A stretch of DNA of 64,000 nucleotides from Octopus vulgaris (lineage: Eukaryota): contig OX597825.1 in NCBI GenBank assembly GCA_951406725.2, forward strand, positions 83,390,001 to 83,454,000, read 5' to 3'. Position numbers and translations under genes: made by a program. Below the pieces are notes generated by a model. The model saw only the letters and a list, made by a program, of their open reading frames with translations. It did no database searches and had not been told where the DNA came from. Each line of letters starts with the position of its first letter. The stretch's first letter is position 1. Of the stretch, positions 26,031 through 40,365 are shown one piece after another.

Positions 26031-26067
26031 CACACTCACACACTCATGTACATGCATATACGTATAC

Positions 26068-26121
<54 letters not shown>

Positions 26122-26217
26122 ACATGTATGTGTGTATATATATAGAGAGAGACATGGTAGGTGTGTGTAGTGTTGTCTGTTTTTAAATGTGTTTGAATGT
26201 ACATTAAATCCATACGC

Positions 26218-26275
<58 letters not shown>

Positions 26276-27025
26276 GTGTGTTTGTGTGTGTGTATACACA
26301 CACATATATGTATACATATATAAATATCTGAGTGTAGTCGCTGTAAATGTATTACCGTCACAATGTCGTAAGCATATTCGGACGGAATGAACCGCAACTC
26401 ACACACGCACACACACACACACAAACTAGCTGCAACCATCGTGTGTCAGTAACGATTTACCTAAAGCGGTGAATATTTCGTGACCAAAGATTCTTCTAAA
26501 TAGAAGAATCTCTTGATGAGATTCTATAACCTTAGAAAGTTAAGTTAATTCCTGGAAGTTTTACTACAACTACTACTACTACCAATACTACTACTACTAC
26601 TACTGCTACTAACAATAATAATAATGGCACAGCTGTTCTTTAGTGAATAACTGAGGCTAAAGATATCAAATTTGAGAAAATAAATGAGAGGTGTTGTTAG
26701 AAAGCGCACCGAATGGCTGATTGAACTAAATGTTCCGTTCCGTTAATGAATGGATCACCGGAAAAAAAAATAATAAATTAAAAAAAAACCTACTGAATGC
26801 CTTTTCATGACATTTATAATTAGAATTAGAATTTAACAACGATTCAAAGTTTAATATATAAGTCACACACATGGAGTGAATGGCACATTGCATTCACTCA
26901 TCACGCGCGTGTAAGTAAAATACGGTTTCATTAACCTGTACTATGGTTTGCTAACTGTTCTAGGCGCCTATGCGCCTATGTTTTTAGTTTTAGCGATATT
27001 TGCACCCTGGTTAAGTGAAAGTGCG

Positions 27026-27320
27026 TGATTTACTTGTCATGATCTTCGTCTCATGGTCGCACGGTCACGAGTTCGATTCCCGGCGACATGTTGTGTCCTT
27101 GAGCAAGACACGGCATGAATGAGTTGTACCTGTAATTCACTGGGGATATATTATATCCTTGTCGCATTATGTCTCTCACCGGATATCCCTGAAAACTACG
27201 TGAAGGGCACGCTTTTCTGTGGAATACTCACCCACTTGCACGTTAATTTCACGAGTATGCTGCTCTGTTGATAGGATCAACTGGAACACACTTCGTCGCA
27301 ACCGACGGAGATCCAGTTTA
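27026..27320 (+). mobile_element. tRNA-derived SINE family C
   Basis: B box GAGTTCGATTCCC followed by GTTGTGTCCTTGAGCAAGACAC; relatives at 1740-2100 and 45850-46071. Confidence 0.65.
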
Positions 27321-28876
27321 GAAGCCCTGGTTAACACTAAGCAAGCAGATACGAAATTCCAGCGCGCCCACCTCGTATTTTATTTAATATTCCTCCATCT
27401 TACACTCACTCTTCTGATGTTGTGCTCTTCTGCTTGTAAACAATAGAAGTGCGATTTGAGGTAGATTTAGCTGGTATTTCTAATAATTCACGTAGTAACT
27501 CTAGAAATTCGTGCAAATACTCGCTCGGTGTCGGAAGCCTTAATGACTCCGTTGGTAAATCCGTGTAACTAGAACATGAAACAAGTTTAAAAAAAACGAA
27601 CTATAGTCTACATATAAAGTATGCATGGAGAAGCATTGACAAGTCAGGAAATAAGTCTTTATGAACGATGAGTCTTGGAACGAGTCTAGTTATAAATACC
27701 AGCGAACAACAACACTTTATCCCTGGACATAATACTGTGGAAATTAATCAACGTGTCCTGAGCCATGCATCTGAAACCCAGATGTATAGGTTCCAGTGTT
27801 AAGTGTTTATTTATCGTCTGTCAGTGTTACAGAAGATGGTTCGACTCTGATTGACAGCTCTGCCTTTTACAGTCTGAAGAATATTCACCTAGACTGTTAT
27901 ATGCTATTTATAGCTGATTTCTCTACGAGACATGTCGTTAGTAAGGAACTAATTAAAAGTTTTAGTGTTTAATTCAGGCAAAAATAACTGGTTATAGTTT
28001 TTAAGAAAAACTGTAAAGGAAGAATAATATCTGAGGATAGAGTTGTTGCTGATGTTGTTGTTCCTTAACTGAAGCCATACCGGAGATGCACATCTACAAT
28101 GAATTGTACTCATCATACTGGTTCAATTTGTCTAAAATGTCCTTCTTTAGATGGTTTCGTAAAGTCAGAAAGGTGAAGTTGTTATATAAGTTATAGATGG
28201 TATACGAGAAAGCAAAATAAAGAGTGAATATAACAATAGTAAGCGGCTAGGAACCAGAGAGGGAAAGAGAAGAGAAAGCATAAACCTCCTCCGGTAATAG
28301 CTTATGGTCCGTCCCAAATCAAATTATCTTAAATATAATTATTTCATTAATATTTGTACACAACATTTAAACATTTTATACAAATATTACTCTACTAGAT
28401 CTCAAACGAATTAAAACAGCGTTGAATACAAATTTCTATGTATACAAAATACGAAGAGATGCGAACAAAAAATACTTAGTTATTATATGCAAATGTGTAT
28501 ATGAAAATGAGTGCAGCGATAAAAATCTATTTTATTAAAAGATAATTTAAATTTAGTAAATGCTAATATTTATCTCCATGGATTTCTTTCTCATTTCTCA
28601 GTAATGACTACAAGAATTACTGGAATTGCATATTAGCTTGTTGTGTCTCACAAAAAAAAAAATTATTGACAAAAGAGAGCGTGCGACATAAGAGCTGCGA
28701 GCATGTTTCTCTTTCTGCAGTTCTTTTTAGGTATTCACGTGTATTTTTTTTTTCATGAAATAATCAATTCTCCCAGTAATTTAGGTATTTAAAAAAAATA
28801 CGCGTTTGTGAAGGTGTGTGGGGGGTTGTGTGTTTATAAATTTAAATTTTTTTATGGATATTTAGAATAATATAAT

Positions 28877-28950
<74 letters not shown>

Positions 28951-29005
28951 ATCATGTTATTCTAAATATCCATATTACCAATATAAATATATATATATAT
29001 ATATA

Positions 29006-29054
29006 GAAAAAGTCAAGATAGAAAATGCTAAAATAATTTCATAAAAACCTTTCA
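29006..29054 (-). mobile_element. Solo 3'-terminal fragment of the PLE family at 61420, embedded in (TA)n
   Basis: AAGTCAA.ATAGAAAATGCTAAAATAATTT.ATA...AAC.TTTCA matches 61428-61474. Confidence 0.7.
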
Positions 29055-29261
29055 TATATATATATATATTCACATATATTAATGAATAGATATTATGTTA
29101 TATTATATTATATTATATTATTCTTAAATGTATTACCAATTTAAATCGACTTATTTTCAAATTAAATTCAAATATATATTGTTTTTTAATGATAATAAAG
29201 TATTGTATACAATTATATATATATATGTTTATATATGTATGTGCATTCATAATCACACAAA

Positions 29262-29325
<64 letters not shown>

Positions 29326-29327
<2 letters not shown>

Positions 29328-29680
29328 CTAACGTTAGGTGCTATAGCTCACTCATCTTTATCTTAGTATGTTACCAACTCGGTAGTTGTCTCATATCAGA
29401 TGCATACGTTGGTTGTTGCTGAAAATGTTTTCTCATTATTTGTCACATTGTTCTGTGACCTGTTCTGTTCGTCATAGTCTTTCGAGCTATTATATCCTAT
29501 CAATTTACTTACTGACTATCCTGGTGCATTGACACTAAACACAGAGGGCGCTGAAGCAAGTGTTAAATGATACTCACTGATGACCTGAAATGGCGTTCAC
29601 TTCCAGTTAACATGTAGTGAAACATTATGTTTAACTGGTTAGCTTACCTGTTGTATATTATCTTATGAGTAGTACCAGCT
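29326..29680 (+). mobile_element. Unknown non-coding insert between (TG)n and (TA)n; its last 150 bp recur inverted at 33506-33655
   Basis: Direct comparison of 29531-29680 with the reverse complement of 33506-33655 shows one mismatch. Confidence 0.6.
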
Positions 29681-29698
29681 ATATATATACATATATAT

Positions 29699-29858
29699 GA
29701 GTGGCTGTGTGGAAAGTAGCTTGCTGACCAACCACATGGATCCAGGTTCATTCTCACTGTGTGGTACCTTGGGCAAGCACCTTCTACTATAGCCTCAGGC
29801 CGACCAAATCCTTGTGAGTGGTTTTGGTAGACGGAAACTGAAAGACGCCCGTCGTATA

Positions 29859-29916
<58 letters not shown>

Positions 29917-30146
29917 GATGTATGTATGTGTGTGTGTATGTTTGTATGTCTCTGTCCACCCAACATCGCTGACAACCGATGGTGGTGTGTTTACGCCTCC
30001 GTAACTCAACGGTTCCGCAAATGAGACAGATAGAATAAGTACTAGGCTTACAAAGACTAAGTCCTGGGGTCGATTTGCTCGACTAAAGGCGGTGCTCCAG
30101 CATGGCCACAGTCAAATGACTGAAACAAGTAATATAGTAAAAGAGT
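29699..30146 (+). mobile_element. Family B SINE
   Basis: GAGTGGCTGTGTGG head, GTACCTTGGGCAAG core, GACTGAAACAAGT tail. Confidence 0.85.
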
Positions 30147-30167
30147 ATATATATATATATATATATA

Positions 30168-30452
30168 CTAGAGTAAGCACATAAATGGGAAACAAGTTGT
30201 GAAGAAGTAGTACTCGAATACCAGAGGTAGAGTAATATGTTTTAATAATGAAGCTGCAAAAACATCACAAAAATATCACAAATACAAACACGCGCCCACA
30301 CGCGCACGCATACATGCACGCACACACACACACACACAAACACGCACCCTCACACACATACATATATACGGACGACGGAATCGTGAAAATCTGAGTAGCA
30401 GATTTTCGGTATATTTTTGTTATGTTTTTGCAGCTTTAATTATAAGGCATAT
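30168..30452. mobile_element. Fold-back PLE-type terminal remnant with a decayed hammerhead-like core
   Basis: Inverted arms ~30235-30278 vs ~30409-30453 (AAGCTGCAAAAACAT.ACAAAAATAT); CGGACGA-CGGAATCGT-GAAA-ATCTGAG-TA at 30369-30397. Confidence 0.45.
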
Positions 30453-32754
30453 ATCAAATATTTAATGTTTTGGGGTCTTCAAGGTTGTGCCCCAGCATGG
30501 CAGCATTCTAATGACTGAAACAAGTAAGAGATAAGAGATAAGAGATGTGTGTGCATGTTGTGGATACACCAGTATAGATACTCGCCACGTACGTTCTATC
30601 ATTGCAGTTAGTTAGAACTCGGCATCGGATCTAATATTTGCGGGGAGGGGGATATTGATAAGATCTTGTCTTAGATGTACGAAATATGGAATAGTCATGG
30701 AAGGAATGCATTTGACCATATTCCTGATACTGGTCTAACAACAGCATCTGTAGGTATATTAATAAGGCCTGTTTGTTTTCGCTTCTATTATAGGAAAATG
30801 ACCACCGTGTAAATGAAAATTGTTGAGTGTATCAGATTTGTTAGCTTTGAGCATGAACATAATTATCTTAATTTGTCCTGAAATATCAGTTGACTAATTA
30901 ATAGGCCATATCTTCCTTCAACAGTTTAGACTTCAATTATAACGATGACATATTTAAAAATCGTGACATCTTTTAACATTTTCACACCTTCTAACAACAT
31001 CCTCGATTTAAATTTTATTTTTATTTATTTATTTATTTCATGTTTTCTGTTTTTCAATTTAATCTTAATTTTTTTTATTCCTAATTACTGATAAACAGCC
31101 TCAAGTGATCCGTACAAAAAACAGGTTTTCATTTTAAAATTTGCATTACAGAGGTAATGCTGAATATGCACAAGGTGACATACACACGAATACGCAAATT
31201 TTAATGAGATTTTAAGTTTCACTTAAAATATATTCTAATGCACACACTATTTTCCAGTAATGCATTCGTTTATTCCCTCACTCTGATAAACGAACAAGTA
31301 GATTAATATGCATGTATAATCGACTGCATTAATATTTTAAAAACGAAAATGAAAATTTCTCATTATATCAAATTGAAATTTTTTCCTGTTGGTGACCACC
31401 AAACAATTTTTCTAATTCTCTCGTTTTCTTTTAATTCCGATTCTACATTTCGATTGGCAATCAGAAATTAATTAGTGTGTTATTTCGCCTTAACGCTAAA
31501 TTCAAGCATTGTCAAAAATAAAGAGACACATCTTATTGAATCGAAATGATCTAATAAATTTTGCTGGTAAAACTAGAAAATTCATATTTTTTACGGAGCC
31601 CAACCCGAACCTGAGCAGTATGGCGTAAAATCAGTAAGAAAGGAGAGCCATCGTGTCATAAATTTACTTGTAAGACTGAATAGGTTCTAATATCACAAAA
31701 TAAAATATGTTGATATAACGAATGCAAGCACAATTTCAAAACACTAGTTACGCTTTGTGCTTCATCTATTATCTGTCACTGGTTTCAGCCAGTGTAATGA
31801 GTAACTAGTTAGGCGCCCAAATGCACTTGGAACATCGAATGACGAGTTCAGAATTAATGCGGTGGTGAGATGTACGACGGAACTAAATATTTATAGACTG
31901 GCATATATATTAATTTTCCACTATACATATACATACGTAAGCACACATGCACACACACACACACACACTTATGTACCACTCTACACACACACACATTAAT
32001 AGCATTTCAGTTTCAATCCCCAAATTTCACCCACAAATCCTTGTTAACAACCACAAGGTACAGCATGGTAACGGAAATAATTTCTCACCTCCATATAAAA
32101 ATCTGTGTCTTTGTATCGTTCTCCTATGTCCGTTCTACCGCCATATTGACCAGGAGTCGTCGCTGCGTTCTATGTATATAAGGCAGACTTGTGATATTCT
32201 GTGTCGATCCACTTTGTTATTACTCTTCACATTAAACAAGTGTCTTTCTACTTATATCATTAATTCATGCACCTGGTTTCTGTTCTCTCATTAAAAACCA
32301 TCACATGTCTTGGAAGCTGCTAATATCTTTAGGAAATCTCAATTCAGTGAGGATTTTGTAACAGCCACGACAGTAAAACCTCCATGTGCTTCATACCAAA
32401 TAAACAAATGGAAAGCGATATTAAGGTATAAATGTGATTTTCTCATGTACAGTTCACCTAAACAAATATATGGAACAGGCAGTTTTCCCTTTGATTTCTG
32501 ACAATACTTGTTAACTATTACCTTAGTTATATGCATATTTCATATCGCAAAATTCTCATTTCCAATTTTTAGGGTGGTTGTCTCTCAGATCTTTACTGAT
32601 CTCCTTTGATCTAAGTATCTCAAACAAATAATATACATATCTACACAGGAGATGCACTTGGAGCTTATATTTGCGAAATTATTACCTGAAAAATTATCAT
32701 AATAACACCACGTCACTTCATAATTCTCACCTTAATATTTCTAGAGAAAAATAA

Positions 32755-32960
32755 GCCGACGAGCTGGCAGAAACCTGAGCGCTCTGAACAAAATGCTTAG
32801 TGGCACTACGTCTGTCTTTAAACTCTGAGTTCTAAATTTCGTTGCGGTCGACTTTGCCTTTATTCTATCGTGTTCGATGAAATACGTCACATACGATCAC
32901 AGGAGTAATCTAACTGACTTACACCCAACAACGAAATTACGTACCTTGTGCCAAAATGGG
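32755..32960 (+). mobile_element. Family A SINE, diverged
   Basis: GAGCTGGCAGAAAC...CTGAGTTCTAAATTTC...GGTCGACTTTGCCTTT. Confidence 0.7.
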
Positions 32961-33446
32961 AAGCAAATATTTCTTGGGAAAATCTCTGAAAATATCTGCC
33001 AATCATCGCCATATATTTTTCTTCTCCAGTGTCACGTTGTTCTTTTATCTCATAGTTTATACAAGAAACCACTTATTTATGTTTATAAATAAGGATTGTG
33101 ATGGCACAATCGTAACTTCGATGGACAAGATAAAAACAAATAGTATTTCCAACGGCTCTTTCCGTACTTGCTTCAAACACTGCCGAAATCATCTTTGCCT
33201 TTCATCCTTTCATAGTTGATTAAATAAAATAATGTAGCAGTCAACTGCTGGTCTTATTGTAATCGATCTGGTTCAACACGCTAAAGTTGCTGGCTTTGAG
33301 TGCAAATTAGTAAACGTTGCTTATGGTACTTATACGTGGCAAGCTGGCAGAAAAGTTAGAGAGAATAATTAAGACACACAAACAAACATATAATTATTTC
33401 TATGTGTATACAGATATACGTGAGTGTGTGTGTGTGTGTGTATGTG

Positions 33447-33505
<59 letters not shown>

Positions 33506-33507
<2 letters not shown>

Positions 33508-33655
33508 CTGGTACTACTCAAAAGATAATATACAACAGGTAAGCTAACCAGTTAAACATAATGTTTCACTACATGTTAACTGGAAGTGAACGCCATTTCA
33601 GGTCATCAGTGAGTATCATTTAACACTTGCTTCAGCGCCCTCTGTGTTTAGTGTC
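33506..33655 (-). mobile_element. 150-bp inverted copy of 29531-29680, within (TA)n
   Basis: Near-perfect reverse complement with TA repeats on both sides. Confidence 0.8.
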
Positions 33656-35039
33656 TATATATATGCGTGAGTGTATGTGTGCATATCTGTGTTTAATATA
33701 CACATAAAATATATTTATATATAATATAGTGTGGAAAACACACGCTCATAATATACACACATGTATACATACGTACATACATACATACATACATACATAC
33801 GTATGTAAATATTTCTTCCTTCTTACCATTAGGCTTTGGTGTTTTTCCTGATTCCGTAGAAGTGCTATGCTCGACACTTAAAACAACTACTCTTATCATT
33901 CTCTGAACGTCTTATTACTGCTTTGATTGTGCTACGCGCTAACGTTCGATTGTTTTTCCCTTTTCCCTGCTTTTGTGCTTTTTTAGAATTTATTGTGTGT
34001 GTATGTGCATGAATACGTATTCGTCTTTATACTTTGTTAGTATATATAAGTCGCGCTACCTTTGCGCTTCCACTATTTAGATAACTTTTCCTCTGGAAAT
34101 TACACACACACACAGACACACACACACATACGCACGCTCGCATGCACACATGTACAGGACGGGTTTCTTTCAGTTTTAATCTACTAATGCTACTCACTCA
34201 GATTTATGGGTCGGCCCTGGTCTAAGGAACTAGGAGACAATGCTCCAAAATGGTAATGAACACATGACATCCTGTTTGACAAGGATGTTTCTTACCTACT
34301 AATTTACGCCTTTGTATAAACATGTGTGTGTGTGTGAGAGAGTGTATGCGTATGTGTGTTATATGTTAAATATATTTCGATCAACACTATTACAATCCGT
34401 TCAGTTAATCGGTGACTTGAAGCTTCTTGAAAGAAACAAAAAAAAATGGATGAACATTTCTTTAATGGATCTCCTGACATTTTACAAAGCAGAAACCAAG
34501 AGGAAATTTCCATTTCTTTGATGATTCCCTCTACACCATTGCTGTTTTAAATACTTTCATATTTCATAGAAATCTGCAACATGGAAACAGCAGTGAGGAA
34601 TAAGGAATGAAATATAGAACAACATGGAAATTCTGACCACAGAGAAAAAACGTAATTAACCAAAGCGATCTCCGTATCAAACTAATCATTGTGGAATCTA
34701 TATATTACGCCGGCGGAACAATTTGAAAGTTCAAGTAATCTTTATACATCAGATCTCGTCAATCTTGCTAGATTTCTCGATGGTTCTAATTAGATATAAC
34801 GTTTCCATGTTATGATTACCTAAGCTGTATCTTCTGGATGGCTGCCAATTACTTTATTCTAATTCCATTCGACAACTTGAAAAATGTATTAGATTTTCAA
34901 CTTTAAATTGACTTTTTGTTGCGATACGTTGTTGGACGAAATCGTATACAAGGGAGGGATAATAATAAGGCTTTTGATTTTTATCACAGGAACTATTCAC
35001 TATCAATTTGTAACTAATTAAAAATATGTACACACACAC

Positions 35040-35087
<48 letters not shown>

Positions 35088-35101
35088 TGTTTATACAGTG
35101 T

Positions 35102-35145
<44 letters not shown>

Positions 35146-35190
35146 TCTATGTATGTATATATATATATATATATATATGTATACTGTATG

Positions 35191-35236
<46 letters not shown>

Positions 35237-35346
35237 TCTGTGTGTGTGTATTATACACACAACACAAACACACATGCACACATACACACACATATGCATA
35301 GACTTTGCTATGCACTTTTATTAGTTCCAGCTCGTTCATGCCATTG

Positions 35347-35412
<66 letters not shown>

Positions 35413-35414
<2 letters not shown>

Positions 35415-35915
35415 TGTAAAATGAACAGCGGACCTTGAAGCAATCCGGCGAAGCTTCACAAAGAACATCTCATTGAAACAGATCAGCTACTGAGAAAGGC
35501 TGTAACAGCTAAAACTCTGCTCACTGCAGCGAAGCGGGTGGAGAGGTATGTAGTAATATACACATGAAGATCCTGGAAAGATTTGCGACACATTTTGGCA
35601 TTGAAAGCTACATAAATGCCAGAACGGTTCGACACAGCACAGTGCTAAAGGTCCCAGGAATCCCATCACATTTCAGAACCAGTTACTGCAACAGCCTGGT
35701 TTTCATGGGATCGCAGCTTTTTAACATTCTCCCAAAGAACCAACGTGACCCACGCAAAGTGGATGTAGGTGTTTTCAAATCAAAACCGGACCTCTCCCGG
35801 CTGAGAGTCCTACATGAACCTACCTCGCGGCAAGAGGGTCAAATGCGCGTAGCGATATCAAACTCACTTATTCACAAAATGCCACGTATTAGGGGAAGCT
35901 CTCAATAATAACAGT
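35413..35915 (+). pseudogene. CR1-clade LINE, 3' fragment of ORF2
   Basis: LEAIRRSFTK...SY*ERL..LKL.SL, then KILE...GSQLFNILPKN.RD...VGVFKSK.D...EPT...SNSL; contains stops and frameshifts. Confidence 0.75.
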
Positions 35916-35924
35916 GTAGCATAT

Positions 35925-36298
35925 TGTTTTATTCTTTTACTTGTTTCAGTCATTTGACTGTTGTCGTGATAGAGCACCATTTTTAGACGAAGAAAATCGA
36001 CCACAGGACTTATTCTTTGTAAGCTTAATAATTCTCCTACCGGTTCCTCTTGCTGAACCGCTAAGTGACGGGGACGTAAACACAGACACAAATAACAAAC
36101 ACACTGATACATATATATACATATATACATATATACATATATACGACAGGCTTCTTTCAGTGCCCGTCTACCAAATATACTCACAAGGCTTCGGTCGGCT
36201 CGAGGCTATATCCGAAGATATTTGCCGAAGGTGTCACACAGTGGGACTGAACCCGGAACCATGTGGTTAGGAAACAAGCTTCTTACCTCACAGCCACT
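35925..36298 (-). mobile_element. Family B SINE
   Basis: Colinear with 12572-12982. Confidence 0.8.
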
Positions 36299-38142
36299 AT
36301 AGACGCAGGAGTATCTTTACAGCCATTTGTATATTATTCCCCAATTCCAATTTAAAATTCGGGCGATTCAAGAATTTTCGATTGGTTTTCTTAACTGAAT
36401 TATTTTTTTGGTAAAATATGCAGGACAATGGCATCGATTATTCGAAATCGATTACAGTGGAAGAACTACTACAAAAATATCAATTATCGGCTTCATTGCG
36501 TCAATGCTTGGCCTAAAACAAATACAGGTCACATCTCTTCTAGTCTCCTCTTTTTCTAGAACGAGGTAGACCCATTGAATAGGGTATTATTAAATCTACC
36601 ACGAATGAAATTTATCCGATATAGTCTTGGCAGCATCACATTACGACATAGGTATAATTCAAAAATTAAACAGATTAGCTTTATTTACATGCATATTGTA
36701 GGACCAACTCCTGTATTTAGTATATTACGGCATACATATCTCTGATGAAAGGCAATGTGGAATTAAACAACAATAATAACCAGAGACTCTTAATGATATC
36801 AAGAGTTTCAGATACGAAACATCATGACAAAATCAGCGCTGGCTATAATTTGTATAGAACATCTGTGATTTGATAGCACTGCTAACAGAGTAGGAGTAAG
36901 TAGACTTATACAGCAGCCTTATATAGCGTTTCCAGGATATTAAGGTGGCATAGCGAAATACGGTGTTCATACAAGTTATTAATATGTACGCAGAGCTGCT
37001 ACGTAAGAATGTGTTTAATATCTAAAATTGGTATATTTACTGTATTTAATGGCTATTTAAGCAATGTGTTCCTGGATAGTTAATGGGTTGGGTGTTGATT
37101 AAAGATCAAAATTTCCTGAAAAGTTTCATTTACGCCCATAAACTATTTTCCATCTTCGTTTTCATTGCTGCTCTTTGCATCAGTTGTCTCGGATACGAAA
37201 CGATCGTAGCAAAATCAGTGCTGGATATAATTTTTACTAAAAAAATCAGTACAGATGAATTCAACAAATAACAACAGCACACAGAAACACGTAATTGTGT
37301 CTGGCAATATAAGAAAAACATATTATTTGTTAAATCATGAGAAAAGAAATTTGTTCTTTGCTGAGATTACTTCATTTATACTACAGAAAATCACATTTTG
37401 CTGGTTTATCTGTTGAAAGGAACGGATAAAGATTTGATATGCCTGTCAGGTAATTTGCATCGCAAGTATCAGACAGTAGAATTGTATGTATTACCTCTTA
37501 TCTCATTATTCTCAACCTAACAATTTAGGATAATCTCTATGCTGTCACTCAAAGAGTTCTAGATATACATGCATGTATTTTATTTTTTGCTGTAGTTTCT
37601 GCTCATAACCGCGGCCATGCTAATGCACCGCCGAATATACATATAAAAATATACATTTATATACACATAAACAGTTACATACATATATACATATATATTT
37701 AAACATACATATACGTGCATATGGGGGTGTGTGTGAGTGTGTGTGTGTGTGTCACTTTTAAATAATCCATGCACATTTTCTTAGTTATCCCTACAGAGCA
37801 AAAAGCCAGCACTGAGATATACGATGTTTTGTATACAAATACACCAACATAGACAATGCGATCGCAAAAAGAAAAGTAGTTAATAGGTGTATATGCTTAT
37901 TTCAGGAATTATTGAACCCTTTTCAGTATTATATCCAATCATTTAGCCATCTGCGAACACATTCATAAACTGTCAATACGTTAGAGAAATTTACTAATTA
38001 AATCCATTCCTGGCAACTGGTGCGTACGTATTACCGTATGTCAACGTGTATAAGGAACCCTTTCTCATTTGTCAAAAATTAGGTTAAAAATATAGGGGTT
38101 TCTTCTATATGGATAGTATTATAATCCCTTACAAAACCTTTT

Positions 38143-38221
38143 TTCCTGGGATCGATTCGCTCGACTAAAGGTGGTGCTCCAACATGGCCACAGTCACATG
38201 ACTGAAACACGTAAGAGAGTA
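38143..38221 (+). mobile_element. Family B SINE 3' fragment
   Basis: GCTCGACTAAAGGTGGTGCTCCAACATGGCCACAGTC. Confidence 0.75.
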
Positions 38222-38390
38222 TAGATAGAAACATACATACATATATATGCATATATACACACAACACATATATATTAACACATATTTATATATAAATATG
38301 TAGATATAGATAGAGAGAGAGGGAGAGAGAGATTATAAAGCATATATATTTATGTATATATATATATGAATTGCACGGGCATATATATAT

Positions 38391-38430
<40 letters not shown>

Positions 38431-39444
38431 CGCGCACTCATAAATATGCATACATATACTTCTACATAGCTACATGCATTCATATATGTTTATAACAGAA
38501 ATTTTGATATAATGAGTTACAATACATTATTGGTAAGCTTAAAGTTCCCGTCTTCTATTACTCGTGGTTGTTTAATGAGACAGTAAACTGTGAAAGCTGT
38601 GCTAAATTGCGAAATTGTTCATTAGCAAGTATGACAGCCATCTTTATATCATCTTATTTTCCAGTGGCTGTCATCTTACTTTATTCCATCGAAAGGTAAC
38701 TCTGACCACATTAAAATTAACCCGCACTTGTAGTATATTTTGCCAATATTACAGTTTAAATCTTAATATCGATCATCTAATTTATCACTTCGTGTAACGT
38801 AGCTTGAAAGAAAGTTGTGTAATGATTCTTGTACACTGCTATCCCCAATTATTGGTTACAAATAACGCCATTAATAATATATGTATATATTGAGAGGTCA
38901 TTTTTGATTGCTGCCATATTTTCAACGGATGTCACCATCCGTACAGATTGATTGCAAAACTCGAAATTATAATGGGAATCTGTTATTATAACACAGCCAT
39001 CAATTCGCTAAAAGTCAAGCAATGTCATGTTTTTAACTTATCTCAACCCATCAAATATATGGATTTAAAATATCACCGATTCTCATTAATCTTCGCGTAT
39101 AAAATTAACGAACTATACTAACATCAACAATCATTTTACATTCATGTATTCTCTGACAAAAATATATATTTTATTCCTCTTATAATAAATTGTGTTTGTT
39201 ATAAATAAATAATAAAATAGATATATCAGTGAGAAAAGGAGGAGGAAGAGTATTAGTTAAAATTAATCACAGCTGATGGTCATGTTCTTGGAATAATTTC
39301 AGTAAGACGAATACAATCAAAGAAATATGGTGCTTCTTTCGATTGTTTTTCATTTGAATGTTTTTCCTAATCTTGCCAACTTCTACACCCTGATTGAAGC
39401 CGCGACGGTCGATAAAGTAAATACAATTACTAAAACAAATGATA

Positions 39445-40100
39445 TCTTTCTGGTTAAGAAACTCACTTGGTAAGCTTTTGCTTTCGGGTTGAGTTCCGCT
39501 TTGTGGTACCTGGGGCAGGTATTTTCTACTATCATCATCAATGTTCGACCGTGGTCGAGACAATGGGATTTGCTATGTTAAGTCAGACTTCACGGTACAT
39601 CGTATTATTACAGAGGTCCTGTTGCTGGATGCCTGTATCCCTGGAGATTACATTAGGGTAGGAGAGTGTGCACCCTCTGGTATCGCGAGCAGATGACTTC
39701 CAGAGGAGAAGAGTAGAAATTACCTCGTTTTTGCTCTACAACAATGTCCAGCAAACTGGACACTTCTACATTTCACAAGAGATGATACAGGTGGTAATTT
39801 TCTATATATTTCTACTATACCTTAGAGAGGATCAATGTCTTGTGAATGAATTTGACAGAGGGAAAATTGTGGAAGCCAGTCGTTCTTATGTGTGTGTTTG
39901 TATGCGTGACGATTCATTTGTATGTGTCACCCAGCCGCATTTGACGACCGGTGTTGGCTTGTTTACGTTCCATTAATTTAACCGTTTGGAAAAGGAAGAT
40001 GAAATATAAAATATTAAAATATAAACTGGAGGCTATTCACTAAATCCTTCAAGGTAGAGCCCCAGCATGGGCACAGCGTAGTAACTGTTGCATGTAAAAG
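39445..40100 (+). mobile_element. Diverged family B SINE with internal insertions
   Basis: GTGGTACCTGGGGCAGGT core, TTGACGACCGGTGTTGG, CCCCAGCATGG tail. Confidence 0.5.
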
Positions 40101-40151
40101 ATTACGCACACACACACACATATCTATCTATCCATATATGTAGAAGTGGAA

Positions 40152-40365
40152 GGCGGCGAGCTAGCAGAGACTTTAGCATGCCGTATTTCGTCTGCCATTA
40201 CGTTCTGAGTTCAAATTCCGCCGAGGTCGACTTTGTCTTTCATCATTTCGGGGTCGATTAAGTAAAGTACCAGTTTCGCACTGGATTCGATGTAATCGAC
40301 TTAATTCCTTTGTCTGTCCTTGTTTGTCCCCTCTATGTTTAGGCCCTAGTGGGTAGTAAAGAAAT
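40152..40365 (+). mobile_element. Family A SINE
   Basis: Matches 1360-1595 with a small deletion. Confidence 0.85.
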
